A stretch of 49,285 bases of DNA from IMG/VR virus record IMGVR_UViG_3300022562_000659; one strand, 5' to 3'. Each line of letters starts with the position of its first letter. The stretch's first letter is position 1. The translations under genes and the position numbers were made by a program. This document shows, one piece after another, positions 8,955 to 17,957 of this stretch. The stretch is from a virus. Lineage: Duplodnaviria > Heunggongvirae > Uroviricota > Caudoviricetes. Under the pieces are notes generated by a model. It was given only the letters and a program-made list of their open reading frames with translations. It did not search any database and was not told the DNA's origin.

Positions 8955-11900
8955 ATGAGTATAACTTATGTTGGAGCCGCTTATGCCGCTAGCACTAGTG
9001 TAACTCTGCCTTCATTCACACCTGGTGATATAGCCTTTGTATTGGCAGAAAATTTTACCTCAACCGCTATTTCTGCGCCCTCTGGTTGGAATATTCTTGA
9101 TTATGATGATACTACTGTTTCAAGTACCCCAAGAATGGTCGGATACAGAATTCTTCAGAGCGGGGATACAACAACTGGAACATGGACGGGATCAGTTGCT
9201 ACCACGGTTATTATTTATAATGGTGCCCATCCTATTCTCCCAATAGATGGGTTGGCAATTACAAGAAGTGCGGCCTCTTCTACAACAATCACTGCTGCGG
9301 CTTTAACCCCCGCATATTCAACAACAGTACCGATTGGACTGATGTTTTCAAGTAGCCAATTGGCTAATGCTTATAATTACGCTCCAACGTCGATGACTAA
9401 CCATACATCGGCGCTAGCGTCTGGATACGCTGGCTCTGCTGGTGCCTCTGCTGGTGCATATGCGGGCGGAACATGGACTTCAGCTCTTAGTGCTGCATAT
9501 AATTCTTATACAATTGGTCTTCGTGCTCAATCAGTATTTCCTATTATTGCGGATGATGATACCACTTCTGGTACACAAACATCTAACTCTACCTCATGGA
9601 CCCTTACGTATCCTAACAACATCAGTGCTGGTGATATGCTTATTGCAATAATCGCTTCTGATGGTGGTTCAGGCTATGTGCAGAATGTTCCTTCGGGATG
9701 GCCCGATGCAATATGGAAATACAATCAGGAGTCAAGTAGTGGTGCTAACGCTTTGTCATTTGGAAAGCGTATTTGTACGGGTACAGAGTCAGGCAACTTT
9801 ACTGTAACTATGAATGCTTCCGAGCAGGGTTCATGGATCATTTATAGGATACCTGCTGGTACTTGGTATGGAACAGACCCTTCTGGATCATTTGTAAACT
9901 CTTCATCAGATAGTGTAGTACGAACTTCAACAGGTGGCACTAGTGATACTCCCGATCCCCCGAGCCTTGATCCTGCGGGTTGGGACGCAGAAAATACTTT
10001 ATGGTTAACATTTATTGGCGTTGATACAAGCCGTACTGTTTCTGCCTTTCCTTCCTCACCGGACACATTCACTAATACAGATTCTTTAGTTTCTGGTGGT
10101 GCTAACGGTTCAACACTTGCTTGGGGCCGATTGGAAAAGAATGCGACTTCGGTTGATCCTGGAACATTTACAATTTCAACAAGTGATGACTGGAATGCTA
10201 TTACTATTGCTGTGCGCGGTGTTTTATCCTTTACGTATTCAGCACAGGCACAAGCAGAAGTTGCATCTGGTGGCCCAACTACAACCCGATTCCATGCTCA
10301 AGCCCAATCCGATATCAAAACTACATACAATAGTTTTGCGCAATCAAATACAGATATTCTACAGGTATATCAAGTCTTTGCACAGGCGCAATCAGATATC
10401 AAGGCAACCTATCAATCCTATGCCCAAGCCCAAGCGGCCCTTATTACGACGCTGCAAGGATTTGGACAAGCACAAGCAAATATACTTGCTAAATATAATG
10501 TATTTGCTCAAAGCCAAGCAACTATTAAACAAGTTTATACGGTATTTGCTCAAGCACAGGCAGGAATAAAGCAGACATATCCGTTTGGTGGCGGAGGATA
10601 CTCTACAATTGTCAGAGAAACATTCACCAGTGGTGGAACAGGATCAGCATCCAATACCCACTCTGTAAATGCCCCATCAGGCTTTACGACGGGTGATGTT
10701 GTTGCTGTAACAATTGGCCTAAACGGATCATCTATAAACAGTGTTCCAACTGGATTTGCACTCGTTGGATCGGCTACAGGACAGACAAATCCCAAGGTTT
10801 ATGTATACGTTGGAAAGTATGCTGATGTTGGTGCCGGTCCTTGGTCTTGGGGATCAACTGCTTCTATCTATGATGGATGGATTTCCGCTAGATATAGTGG
10901 TGTAGATCAAACTACAATCCAAGACGTTACCGCAGTCGGTACGGATGGTGCTGCACCCGGTACGGGAGATTTCAACCTCACTGGTATTACTACTGTAACT
11001 GATGGTGCAATGGTTATTGCTGGTGTAGCGACTAACTCATCATCAGCAGATCAGATAGTTGAAGATAACTTCCTCACTGAGATAGCCGCTGTCTTCCAGT
11101 CAAGCGCCATCAAGAATACTGAAATGGATGATGGCACTAAGACAACTGCTGGTGCTACTGGATTGCTGCACTATACGTTGAATAGCAACGTTGCTTATGC
11201 AGGAGTTGTTGGCGCACTTCGTCCAGCCTCAGGTGGTGGATCAGTTGTTGGTCCGACCTTTGCCCAAGCGCAAGCATCTATCATTAAAACTAAGCAAGTA
11301 TATGCACAGGCACAGGCAAGTGTTCTGACAGCCTACCAAGTATTTGCTCAGGGACAAGCAGATATACTTCAAGTTTATGCAGTATTTGCTCAGGCTCAAT
11401 CTGATATTCTACAAGTATATCAGGTATTTGCGCAAGCGCAAACATCTATTGTTACTACACTGCAAATATCAGCGCAAGCGCAAGCGCAGATAAAACAGAC
11501 CTATCAGGGTTATGCACAGGCTCAAGCAAATATTAAAACAACGTATACAGTATTTGCTCAGGCACAAACTGATATCAAGCAGACATATCCGTTTGGTGGA
11601 ACCACTACCGTTTTAGAGGATGATTTTGCAGGCAGTGGAAATTTGGCTGGATCGGCTCTTATTACTGGTGGTAACTGGAGCGGTGGAACCTATTGGACTT
11701 CTGGCTCGGGTAGTGTAAGTGCTACTAGAACTGGAGTCGCCCATTTAAGCAAGGGTACTCCTTCAGGTACACTCAGTTATGGTCATCGTGCCGGTACTGC
11801 TACCCATAGTGATTTTGATATATTTATCACCGATACAGGTGATGGATACTTTGAAGACGATGGCCTTTTTACATATAACACCCGTAATCTGGCTATCTGG

Positions 11901-13595
11901 TTTAGAGGTATTGATGCTAATAACTTCTACTATGTGGCTATAGCTACATCTAGTCTTCTAATTTATCGTAGAACTTCGGGTAGTTTTGTATCTGTAGCCT
12001 CCTATGCAATTTCTCCACAGGCTTTTGAAAGTTGGCGTGTTAGAGCAGAAGTCACAGGCTCTTCACCGACAACTCTTCGTGCTAAAGCATGGAAAGTTGG
12101 AACATCTGAGCCGGGATGGTTGATAGATACTACCGACAATACCGCTGGAAACCAGACAACAGATGGTGCAGTTGGTATGGCAGCACTTGAGTTACTATCC
12201 TCAAGTTTGCAGTCCTCTCTTGATGTAGGTGACGATTTCCTATTAACGACTGGTGGAGCAATTGAAGGCCCAACCTTCGCACAGGCTCAGGCATCTATTA
12301 TCAAGACCAAGCAGACATATGCGCAAGCACAGGCTTGGATAAAGCAAACATATCAATCATACGCTCAAGCACAAACACAAATTAAACAAACCTATCAGGT
12401 ATTTGCTCAGGCTCAGGCACAGATTCCGGTAGGTGTTCAAACCTTCCAAGGCTATGCTCAGGCTCAAGCCGATATACTCACAACGTATGAAGAATTTGCG
12501 CAAGCACAAGCGGATATTTTGCAAACATATATTGAGGTTGCTCAGGCAAACGCAGATATATTGCAAACTTATCAAATCTTTGCGCAGGCACAAGCGGATA
12601 TTCAGCAAACATATACTGAGTATGCCCAAGTCCAAGCACAGGTCATGCAAACGTATGAAGTGTTTGCACAGGCTCAGACTCAAATTCTACAAATATACCT
12701 AGAATTTGCGCAAGCAAATGCGGATATTCTTACTTCGTATCAAGGTTACGCTCAGGCCGAAGCCACCATAATTCAGACATATCAAGCATACGCACAAGCA
12801 CAGGCAAATATCAAAACAACCTATGCTGAATATGCGCAGGCACAAGCCTCGATTTTGCAGACATATCAAAGTTATGCACAAGCAAATGCTTCTATACTTG
12901 CAGTATATCAGGCATTTGCACAAGGCCAAGCAACGCTTGTTACTACAGCACAGGTATTCGCCCAAGCACAGGCTTTGATAATCCCAACAAGAGAATTTGC
13001 TCAGGCACAAGCCACAATACTTGCAACAACCCTAGAGTTTGCGCAAGCAATGGCCTATATGACTGGACAAATTTCTGAGTATGCTCAGGCACAGGCATCT
13101 ATTCTTGCTGTATATGATAATTACGCTCAGGCACAAGCACAAATTCTACAAACTTACCAAGGTTATGCTCAGGCTGAATCTTGGGTGCTTGCAACCTACC
13201 AGCAGTATGCACAAGCGAATGCAGATATAAAGCAAGCATATACTGAATATGCACAGGCGCAAGCATGGATCAGAATTACTGTTCTTGAATTCGCACAAGC
13301 ACAGGCAGACGTAAAGCAAACTTATGAGGCATATGCTCAGGCTCAGGCTTGGATAAAGGCAACTTATCTAGTATATGCTCAGGCTCAGGCTTGGCTCAAA
13401 GTTACGGACAGTGTAACATTCGCGCAAGCGCAAGCCGACATACTTCAAACTTATCAAGGATTTGCGCAGGCAAATGCTTATATATTGACAACAAATACAG
13501 AATACGCGCAGGCTCAGGCCATGATATATCTACCACAATACATTAGCCCTGTTGCCGATCTAAGCAATGAAGGCTGGAGAGGGGTGGTGATATAA
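8955..13595 (+). CDS. giant AQAQA-repeat fibre/adhesin-like virion protein 1
   Basis: 1546 aa; four globular beta-rich domains separated by blocks of the 14-aa repeat (Y/F)AQAQAxIxQTYQx. Confidence 0.7.
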   Translation: MSITYVGAAYAASTSVTLPSFTPGDIAFVLAENFTSTAISAPSGWNILDYDDTTVSSTPRMVGYRILQSGDTTTGTWTGSVATTVIIYNGAHPILPIDGLAITRSAASSTTITAAALTPAYSTTVPIGLMFSSSQLANAYNYAPTSMTNHTSALASGYAGSAGASAGAYAGGTWTSALSAAYNSYTIGLRAQSVFPIIADDDTTSGTQTSNSTSWTLTYPNNISAGDMLIAIIASDGGSGYVQNVPSGWPDAIWKYNQESSSGANALSFGKRICTGTESGNFTVTMNASEQGSWIIYRIPAGTWYGTDPSGSFVNSSSDSVVRTSTGGTSDTPDPPSLDPAGWDAENTLWLTFIGVDTSRTVSAFPSSPDTFTNTDSLVSGGANGSTLAWGRLEKNATSVDPGTFTISTSDDWNAITIAVRGVLSFTYSAQAQAEVASGGPTTTRFHAQAQSDIKTTYNSFAQSNTDILQVYQVFAQAQSDIKATYQSYAQAQAALITTLQGFGQAQANILAKYNVFAQSQATIKQVYTVFAQAQAGIKQTYPFGGGGYSTIVRETFTSGGTGSASNTHSVNAPSGFTTGDVVAVTIGLNGSSINSVPTGFALVGSATGQTNPKVYVYVGKYADVGAGPWSWGSTASIYDGWISARYSGVDQTTIQDVTAVGTDGAAPGTGDFNLTGITTVTDGAMVIAGVATNSSSADQIVEDNFLTEIAAVFQSSAIKNTEMDDGTKTTAGATGLLHYTLNSNVAYAGVVGALRPASGGGSVVGPTFAQAQASIIKTKQVYAQAQASVLTAYQVFAQGQADILQVYAVFAQAQSDILQVYQVFAQAQTSIVTTLQISAQAQAQIKQTYQGYAQAQANIKTTYTVFAQAQTDIKQTYPFGGTTTVLEDDFAGSGNLAGSALITGGNWSGGTYWTSGSGSVSATRTGVAHLSKGTPSGTLSYGHRAGTATHSDFDIFITDTGDGYFEDDGLFTYNTRNLAIWFRGIDANNFYYVAIATSSLLIYRRTSGSFVSVASYAISPQAFESWRVRAEVTGSSPTTLRAKAWKVGTSEPGWLIDTTDNTAGNQTTDGAVGMAALELLSSSLQSSLDVGDDFLLTTGGAIEGPTFAQAQASIIKTKQTYAQAQAWIKQTYQSYAQAQTQIKQTYQVFAQAQAQIPVGVQTFQGYAQAQADILTTYEEFAQAQADILQTYIEVAQANADILQTYQIFAQAQADIQQTYTEYAQVQAQVMQTYEVFAQAQTQILQIYLEFAQANADILTSYQGYAQAEATIIQTYQAYAQAQANIKTTYAEYAQAQASILQTYQSYAQANASILAVYQAFAQGQATLVTTAQVFAQAQALIIPTREFAQAQATILATTLEFAQAMAYMTGQISEYAQAQASILAVYDNYAQAQAQILQTYQGYAQAESWVLATYQQYAQANADIKQAYTEYAQAQAWIRITVLEFAQAQADVKQTYEAYAQAQAWIKATYLVYAQAQAWLKVTDSVTFAQAQADILQTYQGFAQANAYILTTNTEYAQAQAMIYLPQYISPVADLSNEGWRGVVI
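10569..10591 (+). repeat. 23-bp direct repeat, copy 1 (domain entry, KQTYPFGG)
   Basis: AAGCAGACATATCCGTTTGGTGG, identical at 11577-11599. Confidence 0.9.
11577..11599 (+). repeat. 23-bp direct repeat, copy 2
   Basis: Identical to 10569-10591. Confidence 0.9.
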
Positions 13596-13596
13596 G

Positions 13597-16500
13597 ATGG
13601 CATTCCCGATTACAAGATCAGCCGTAGCGAATACGGTTATCTCTAACTCAACGTCATGGACCCTCTCATATCCTACAGTCGGAGATATTGTTGATGGTGT
13701 ATCCAGCAACCCTATTGAGGCTGGGGACCTTATCTGCGTATTTATTGCTAGGGATGGAACTACTGGGACACAATCAATTACTGACTTTACTACCATTGTT
13801 GATGCCTCTGATGGAAGCGGTGCAAAGGGTGGATTCTTTGTAAAGGTAGCAACCGGATCGGAGACAGGTACATTCACCTACTCTCCCGGCGCATCCGAAC
13901 AGGGAATTTGGAGAGTCTTTGTTATCAAAAATTGGTGGGGCACCATCGCTACTGGTGTGTTTGCAAATACACCAACTACTGGAACAAGTACCGCGCCCGA
14001 CGCTGGGGATTGTGCGCCGGGTTGGGGAACCCTCGATATCTACTGGCGAACAATGTTCGCGCAGGATGATGGTAGAGGATCAGTTACTGTTTACCCAACC
14101 AACTACGATATCTATCCAAACTCTGATGCCTCTGGTGGTTCTGGTGGAGCCTCTGGTGGTTCTGTAGGTAGGCAGTTAACAGCAGCCTCAGAAAACGCTG
14201 GAGCATTTACTGACTCCCGTAACGATGATTGGGTTGCATGGACAATTGCTATTAGACCGGCAGTTGCCGCTACCACATATCAAACATTTGCACAAGCCCA
14301 AGCAAGAATTAAACTCATACAAAGAGGCTTTGCACAAGCCCAAGCAGATATCAAGCAAACATATCGAGGTTTTGCGCAGGGTCAAACAGATATCAAGCAA
14401 ACATATCAGGGCTTTGCACAAGCACAGACTGCAATTGTCAAACAAAAGCAAGTGTCTGCGCAGGCTAGTGCATGGATAAAAGCAGAAAGACAAGACTTCG
14501 CTCAGGCACAAGCCGATGTACTTCATACCTACGAAGAATTCGCTCAGGCACAAACGGATATTAAACAAATATATCAAGAGTTTGCGCAAGCAAATGCCTG
14601 GATAATGAGAACAGAAGATGCATTCGCACAAAGCAATGCATGGATACGAACAACATATCAGGGATTCGCGCAAGGACAATCTGATATCAAGTCTACGTAT
14701 AGATCATTTGCTCAGGCCCAATCTCAGATAAAAACAATATATATAGATTTTGCTCAAAGCCAAGCACAGATAAAAACCACAAGTACACAATATGCACAAG
14801 CGGAAGCGCATATTAAAACTACTTATCAGGAATATGCACAAGCAAATGCATGGCTACTTACTGAATATCAAGGGTATGCCCAAGGCCAAGCATACATCTT
14901 AATTGTACAAAATGTCTTTGCTCAGGCTCTTGCGGAAATCTTCTCAACACAGATCGAATCCTATGGATTTGCCCAAGGTCAAGCAGCCGTAAGTATTGAT
15001 ACAAATATCTATCAATTCATAGATGAAATAACTGCTGATGATGCGGACTACATTCTTACTGACTACAATCCAAATCTTATAACATATACCGCAGCACTTG
15101 CTGATATAAATGAACCTGAATACAGACAAGATCATATCATCAAACTGCGGGCAAATAAGATCGGTCCTAACTTCGGAACACTCACAGTAGAGTTGTTACG
15201 AAATGATGATCTTATTGCAACACGTACAATAGCCGATCTTGCTACTACTCCAACAGATTATGATTATCCACTGACTCCACAAGAAATTGAGTTGATTCCA
15301 GATTATGCGAATCTTCAACTTTCTCTTACTGGAACAGCGGGCACAAATACAAGAATCTATGTGACCTTTGCACAACTACAGGCTCCTGCCGGTAATGCAA
15401 AGATACGCAGAGGATTTGCACAAGCACAGGCAGAGATTATTCTTGGAGCTTCACGTTGGCAATACTCACAAGCACAAGGTACAGTTTTGCAAACGTACCA
15501 AGTGTATGCACAGGCACAAGCCGAGATTCTAATACCCCTCTTTACTAGAGAGGCATTCGCTCAGGCCGCAGCATGGATTTTGCAAACGTATCAGGGATAT
15601 GCACAGGCGGAGTCTTGGATACTCCAAACATACCAAGAATATGCTCAGGTTCAGGCTTCAATAAAGCAGACCTATATTGAAGTTGCACAGGCACAAGCCT
15701 CTATCCTACAAACATATCAAGAATATGCTCAGGCGCAAGCACAGATAGCAACTACTTACCAAGAATATGCACAGGCGCAGTCTGTAATACTCCAAGTATA
15801 TCAGGAATACGCACAAGCCCAAGCAGCTGTTAAAAACACATATCAGCAATATGCACAAGCGCAGGCTAATATACTTCAAACATATTTGGAATATGCGCAA
15901 GCCCAAGCACAGATCATATCAACGTATGCAGTATTTGCTCAGGCTCAAGCAAGACTTATTGCGTTCGGTGTTACCGTATACGCGCAGGCAACAGCATATA
16001 TGCTTGGTGCCTACCAAATGTTCGCACAGGCACAAGCAGCAATAAAGGCAACTTCAACTGAGAGTGCAAACGCTCAGGCAGACATACTGCAAATTTATCA
16101 GCAGTATGCTCAGACAACAGCCCTTATTGCTACTACATCACAACTATTCGCTCAGGCGCAGGGTTGGATAAAGGCAATCGATACAGCATATGCGCAAGCA
16201 CAGGCATCTATACGAACAACATATCTGGAATTTGCACAGGTGCAATCTGATATTCAACAGATATATCAGGCACAGGCGCAAGCAGAAGCCCTTATACAGC
16301 AAATATATCAGGGATACGCACAAGCACAATCATATATCATTATTTCTGGAAGTATAGTTGTTGCCCAAGCACAGGCTCAGATTCAAACAACGTACATTGG
16401 TTCTGCGCAGGCACAATCTGATATCAAATCTACATATGCCCAATTTGCGCAAGTTCAAACGATTATTACAACAGCATCTTACGGTTATGCACAATCTGCT

Positions 16501-16875
16501 GCAATTATACGTACTGCATCAGTCGTATTTGCTCAGGCATCCGTAATAATACTAACAATCAATACACAATCTGCACAGGCAGAGTCTTGGATTCTTGCTA
16601 CAACTGTAGTGACAGGACAGGCGATGGCTTGGATTATCAAGCCATATGCTACAGGACAGGCGATGGCGGTAATACGCCAAGACCGTATTATGAAGAATGT
16701 CACTGTTGATGATCGTAACTCAATCATCATAACAGTGGATGATAGAAAGGCCGACTCGCTGCTTGTTCAGGATCGAGCGGAAACAACAATTACTGTGACG
16801 GAAAACTCTCGTATTGTTATCACGTTGAACGACAGAAACAGTGTGAGAGTTACCGTCAATGATTCTATGTACTAG
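13597..16875 (+). CDS. giant AQAQA-repeat fibre-like protein 2
   Basis: 1092 aa; N-terminal domain paralogous to domain 2 of 8955; two long 14-aa repeat blocks; C-terminal roughly 10-aa TVxDR repeats. Confidence 0.7.
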   Translation: MAFPITRSAVANTVISNSTSWTLSYPTVGDIVDGVSSNPIEAGDLICVFIARDGTTGTQSITDFTTIVDASDGSGAKGGFFVKVATGSETGTFTYSPGASEQGIWRVFVIKNWWGTIATGVFANTPTTGTSTAPDAGDCAPGWGTLDIYWRTMFAQDDGRGSVTVYPTNYDIYPNSDASGGSGGASGGSVGRQLTAASENAGAFTDSRNDDWVAWTIAIRPAVAATTYQTFAQAQARIKLIQRGFAQAQADIKQTYRGFAQGQTDIKQTYQGFAQAQTAIVKQKQVSAQASAWIKAERQDFAQAQADVLHTYEEFAQAQTDIKQIYQEFAQANAWIMRTEDAFAQSNAWIRTTYQGFAQGQSDIKSTYRSFAQAQSQIKTIYIDFAQSQAQIKTTSTQYAQAEAHIKTTYQEYAQANAWLLTEYQGYAQGQAYILIVQNVFAQALAEIFSTQIESYGFAQGQAAVSIDTNIYQFIDEITADDADYILTDYNPNLITYTAALADINEPEYRQDHIIKLRANKIGPNFGTLTVELLRNDDLIATRTIADLATTPTDYDYPLTPQEIELIPDYANLQLSLTGTAGTNTRIYVTFAQLQAPAGNAKIRRGFAQAQAEIILGASRWQYSQAQGTVLQTYQVYAQAQAEILIPLFTREAFAQAAAWILQTYQGYAQAESWILQTYQEYAQVQASIKQTYIEVAQAQASILQTYQEYAQAQAQIATTYQEYAQAQSVILQVYQEYAQAQAAVKNTYQQYAQAQANILQTYLEYAQAQAQIISTYAVFAQAQARLIAFGVTVYAQATAYMLGAYQMFAQAQAAIKATSTESANAQADILQIYQQYAQTTALIATTSQLFAQAQGWIKAIDTAYAQAQASIRTTYLEFAQVQSDIQQIYQAQAQAEALIQQIYQGYAQAQSYIIISGSIVVAQAQAQIQTTYIGSAQAQSDIKSTYAQFAQVQTIITTASYGYAQSAAIIRTASVVFAQASVIILTINTQSAQAESWILATTVVTGQAMAWIIKPYATGQAMAVIRQDRIMKNVTVDDRNSIIITVDDRKADSLLVQDRAETTITVTENSRIVITLNDRNSVRVTVNDSMY

Positions 16876-16887
16876 GGTGGTGATAGC

Positions 16888-17184
16888 ATGACGTATAATC
16901 CGAATGTCTATGTACTCGGTGGAAAAGCAGAGATATATTTCGAAGTTACTGCCATAGATGGCACCGTGATTCAGCCAATTGAGAGTCGTTTATCTATAAA
17001 AGAACCATCCGGTATAATTGTCACAGTCTCCGGTGGGGAGTTGGTCCAGGCATCCGGCTACCTCTATTTGCTGTACCAGCCCGCGACAATCGGGTGGTAT
17101 CAGTACGAGGTATGGGTTAAGGACGCAACCGGACGAGAAGATGCTGCGACAAGAGGCTTTGAAGTAATAGATTTAGTCTATTAA
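16888..17184 (+). CDS. small beta-sandwich protein (BppU N-terminal-like), probably virion-associated
   Basis: YVLGG...RLSIKEPSG...YLLYQP...GWYQYEVWV pattern resembles phage Ig-like adaptor domains (recognised by eye). Confidence 0.5.
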   Translation: MTYNPNVYVLGGKAEIYFEVTAIDGTVIQPIESRLSIKEPSGIIVTVSGGELVQASGYLYLLYQPATIGWYQYEVWVKDATGREDAATRGFEVIDLVY

Positions 17185-17193
17185 ATAAATGGC

Positions 17194-17223
17194 TTGATCG
17201 TGGAGTTCCGGATATTGTATAGT
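17194..17223 (+). promoter_or_regulatory. sigma70-like promoter for the tRNA region
   Basis: TTGATC-N18-TATAGT in an intergenic gap upstream of tRNA-Leu. Confidence 0.5.
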
Positions 17224-17226
17224 AGA

Positions 17227-17253
17227 ATGTGAGCGGGGAACACTCGCTCACAT
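17227..17253. promoter_or_regulatory. perfect inverted repeat (operator or leader hairpin)
   Basis: ATGTGAGCG-N9-CGCTCACAT abutting the 5' end of tRNA-Leu. Confidence 0.6.
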
Positions 17254-17339
17254 GGCCCCGTGGCGAAATTGGTAAACGCAGCTGACTTAAAATCAGTAGT
17301 CGCAAGATACTCAGGGTTCGAATCCCTGCGGGGCTACCA
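17254..17339 (+). tRNA. tRNA-Leu(TAA)
   Basis: GCTGA-CTTAAAA-TCAGT, long variable arm, CCA. Confidence 0.93.
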
Positions 17340-17344
17340 ACATT

Positions 17345-17434
17345 CTAGGTGAATAGTGGCCTATTCCTGAGGCGTCGGGAGCGACGTTCGATTCGTTGCT
17401 GGAAATCGTGGTTCAAATCCACGCACCTAGATCA
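17345..17434 (+). ncRNA. tRNA-shaped RNA with a non-canonical core
   Basis: Acceptor-like CTAGGTG/CACCTAG, D-like hairpin AATAG-TGGC-CTATT, canonical T-arm CGTGG-TTCAAAT-CCACG; no standard anticodon arm; ends in TCA. Confidence 0.6.
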
Positions 17435-17435
17435 T

Positions 17436-17519
17436 GGCGCGGTGGTGGAATTGGTATACACGCTAGTCTCAAAAACTGGTTCCGAAAGGTTGTGGGTTCG
17501 AATCCCACTCGCGCTACCA
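17436..17519 (+). tRNA. tRNA-Leu(CAA)
   Basis: CTAGT-CTCAAAA-ACTGG, variable arm, CCA. Confidence 0.93.
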
Positions 17520-17539
17520 AATTAAAGAAGGTGATTTAT

Positions 17540-17953
17540 GTGCAATATGCTCTATGTGATAGAATAGGAACAGGCGGATATATTACGGTAGCCTCCGGCC
17601 AGCCAGAGATATTTGATCCTTACCGACCCGTAGTTGCAGATTACGGGTGTTCGTATATTGCCATAGACAAGCAAGGTAATGGGCAAGCAGGATTTTGGGT
17701 AAAGTTTACTGGTGGGGATGAAGCAGGAGCTTTAGCAGATAACAGAGTAGATGCTTTCCCCATTGATAAGTTGACTGATATTGTGGGGGCAGGACAGGCT
17801 ACGTTTGTTAATAACAAACTTTCTACAAAGTATGGCATAACAACAAATCCTGTATCTGCTGGAATGACGTGGCAGCAAGCACTAGATGCCGTTTTAGCAG
17901 CCTATGATCCTACCGCAGATATGCTTGGTTTAAAACTCAACGGTCTTTCTTAA
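17540..17953 (+). CDS. hypothetical protein
   Basis: The ORF-track start at 17396 overlaps RNA genes; GTG 17540 follows a GAAGGTGA RBS. Confidence 0.65.
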   Translation: MQYALCDRIGTGGYITVASGQPEIFDPYRPVVADYGCSYIAIDKQGNGQAGFWVKFTGGDEAGALADNRVDAFPIDKLTDIVGAGQATFVNNKLSTKYGITTNPVSAGMTWQQALDAVLAAYDPTADMLGLKLNGLS

Positions 17954-17957
17954 CAGT

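Noticed and set aside
10317-10337. AAAACTA-CATACAA-TAGTTTT as another ATACAA hairpin (also GTAT/ATAC near 44799)
   Set aside because: These lie deep in coding sequence, are not near a start codon, and have a 7-nt loop or a weak AT-rich stem, so chance is plausible.
8955-16875. 42-bp periodicity as a CRISPR array or DGR template/variable repeat pair
   Set aside because: The repeats are in-frame protein repeats with synonymous variation throughout. There is no constant repeat-spacer pattern, no adenine-specific differences and no reverse transcriptase in the window.
17345-17434. Calling the tRNA-like RNA a tRNA-Sec or tRNA-Ser(CGA)
   Set aside because: There is no TCA anticodon loop. The CGA-containing hairpin sits in the variable-arm position and lacks purine 37.
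17396-17539. N-terminal extensions in the ORF track (17396, 18093, 21612, 36910)
   Set aside because: They run through tRNA genes or a terminator. Downstream starts with RBSs fit better, and 21612 lies wholly within tRNAs.
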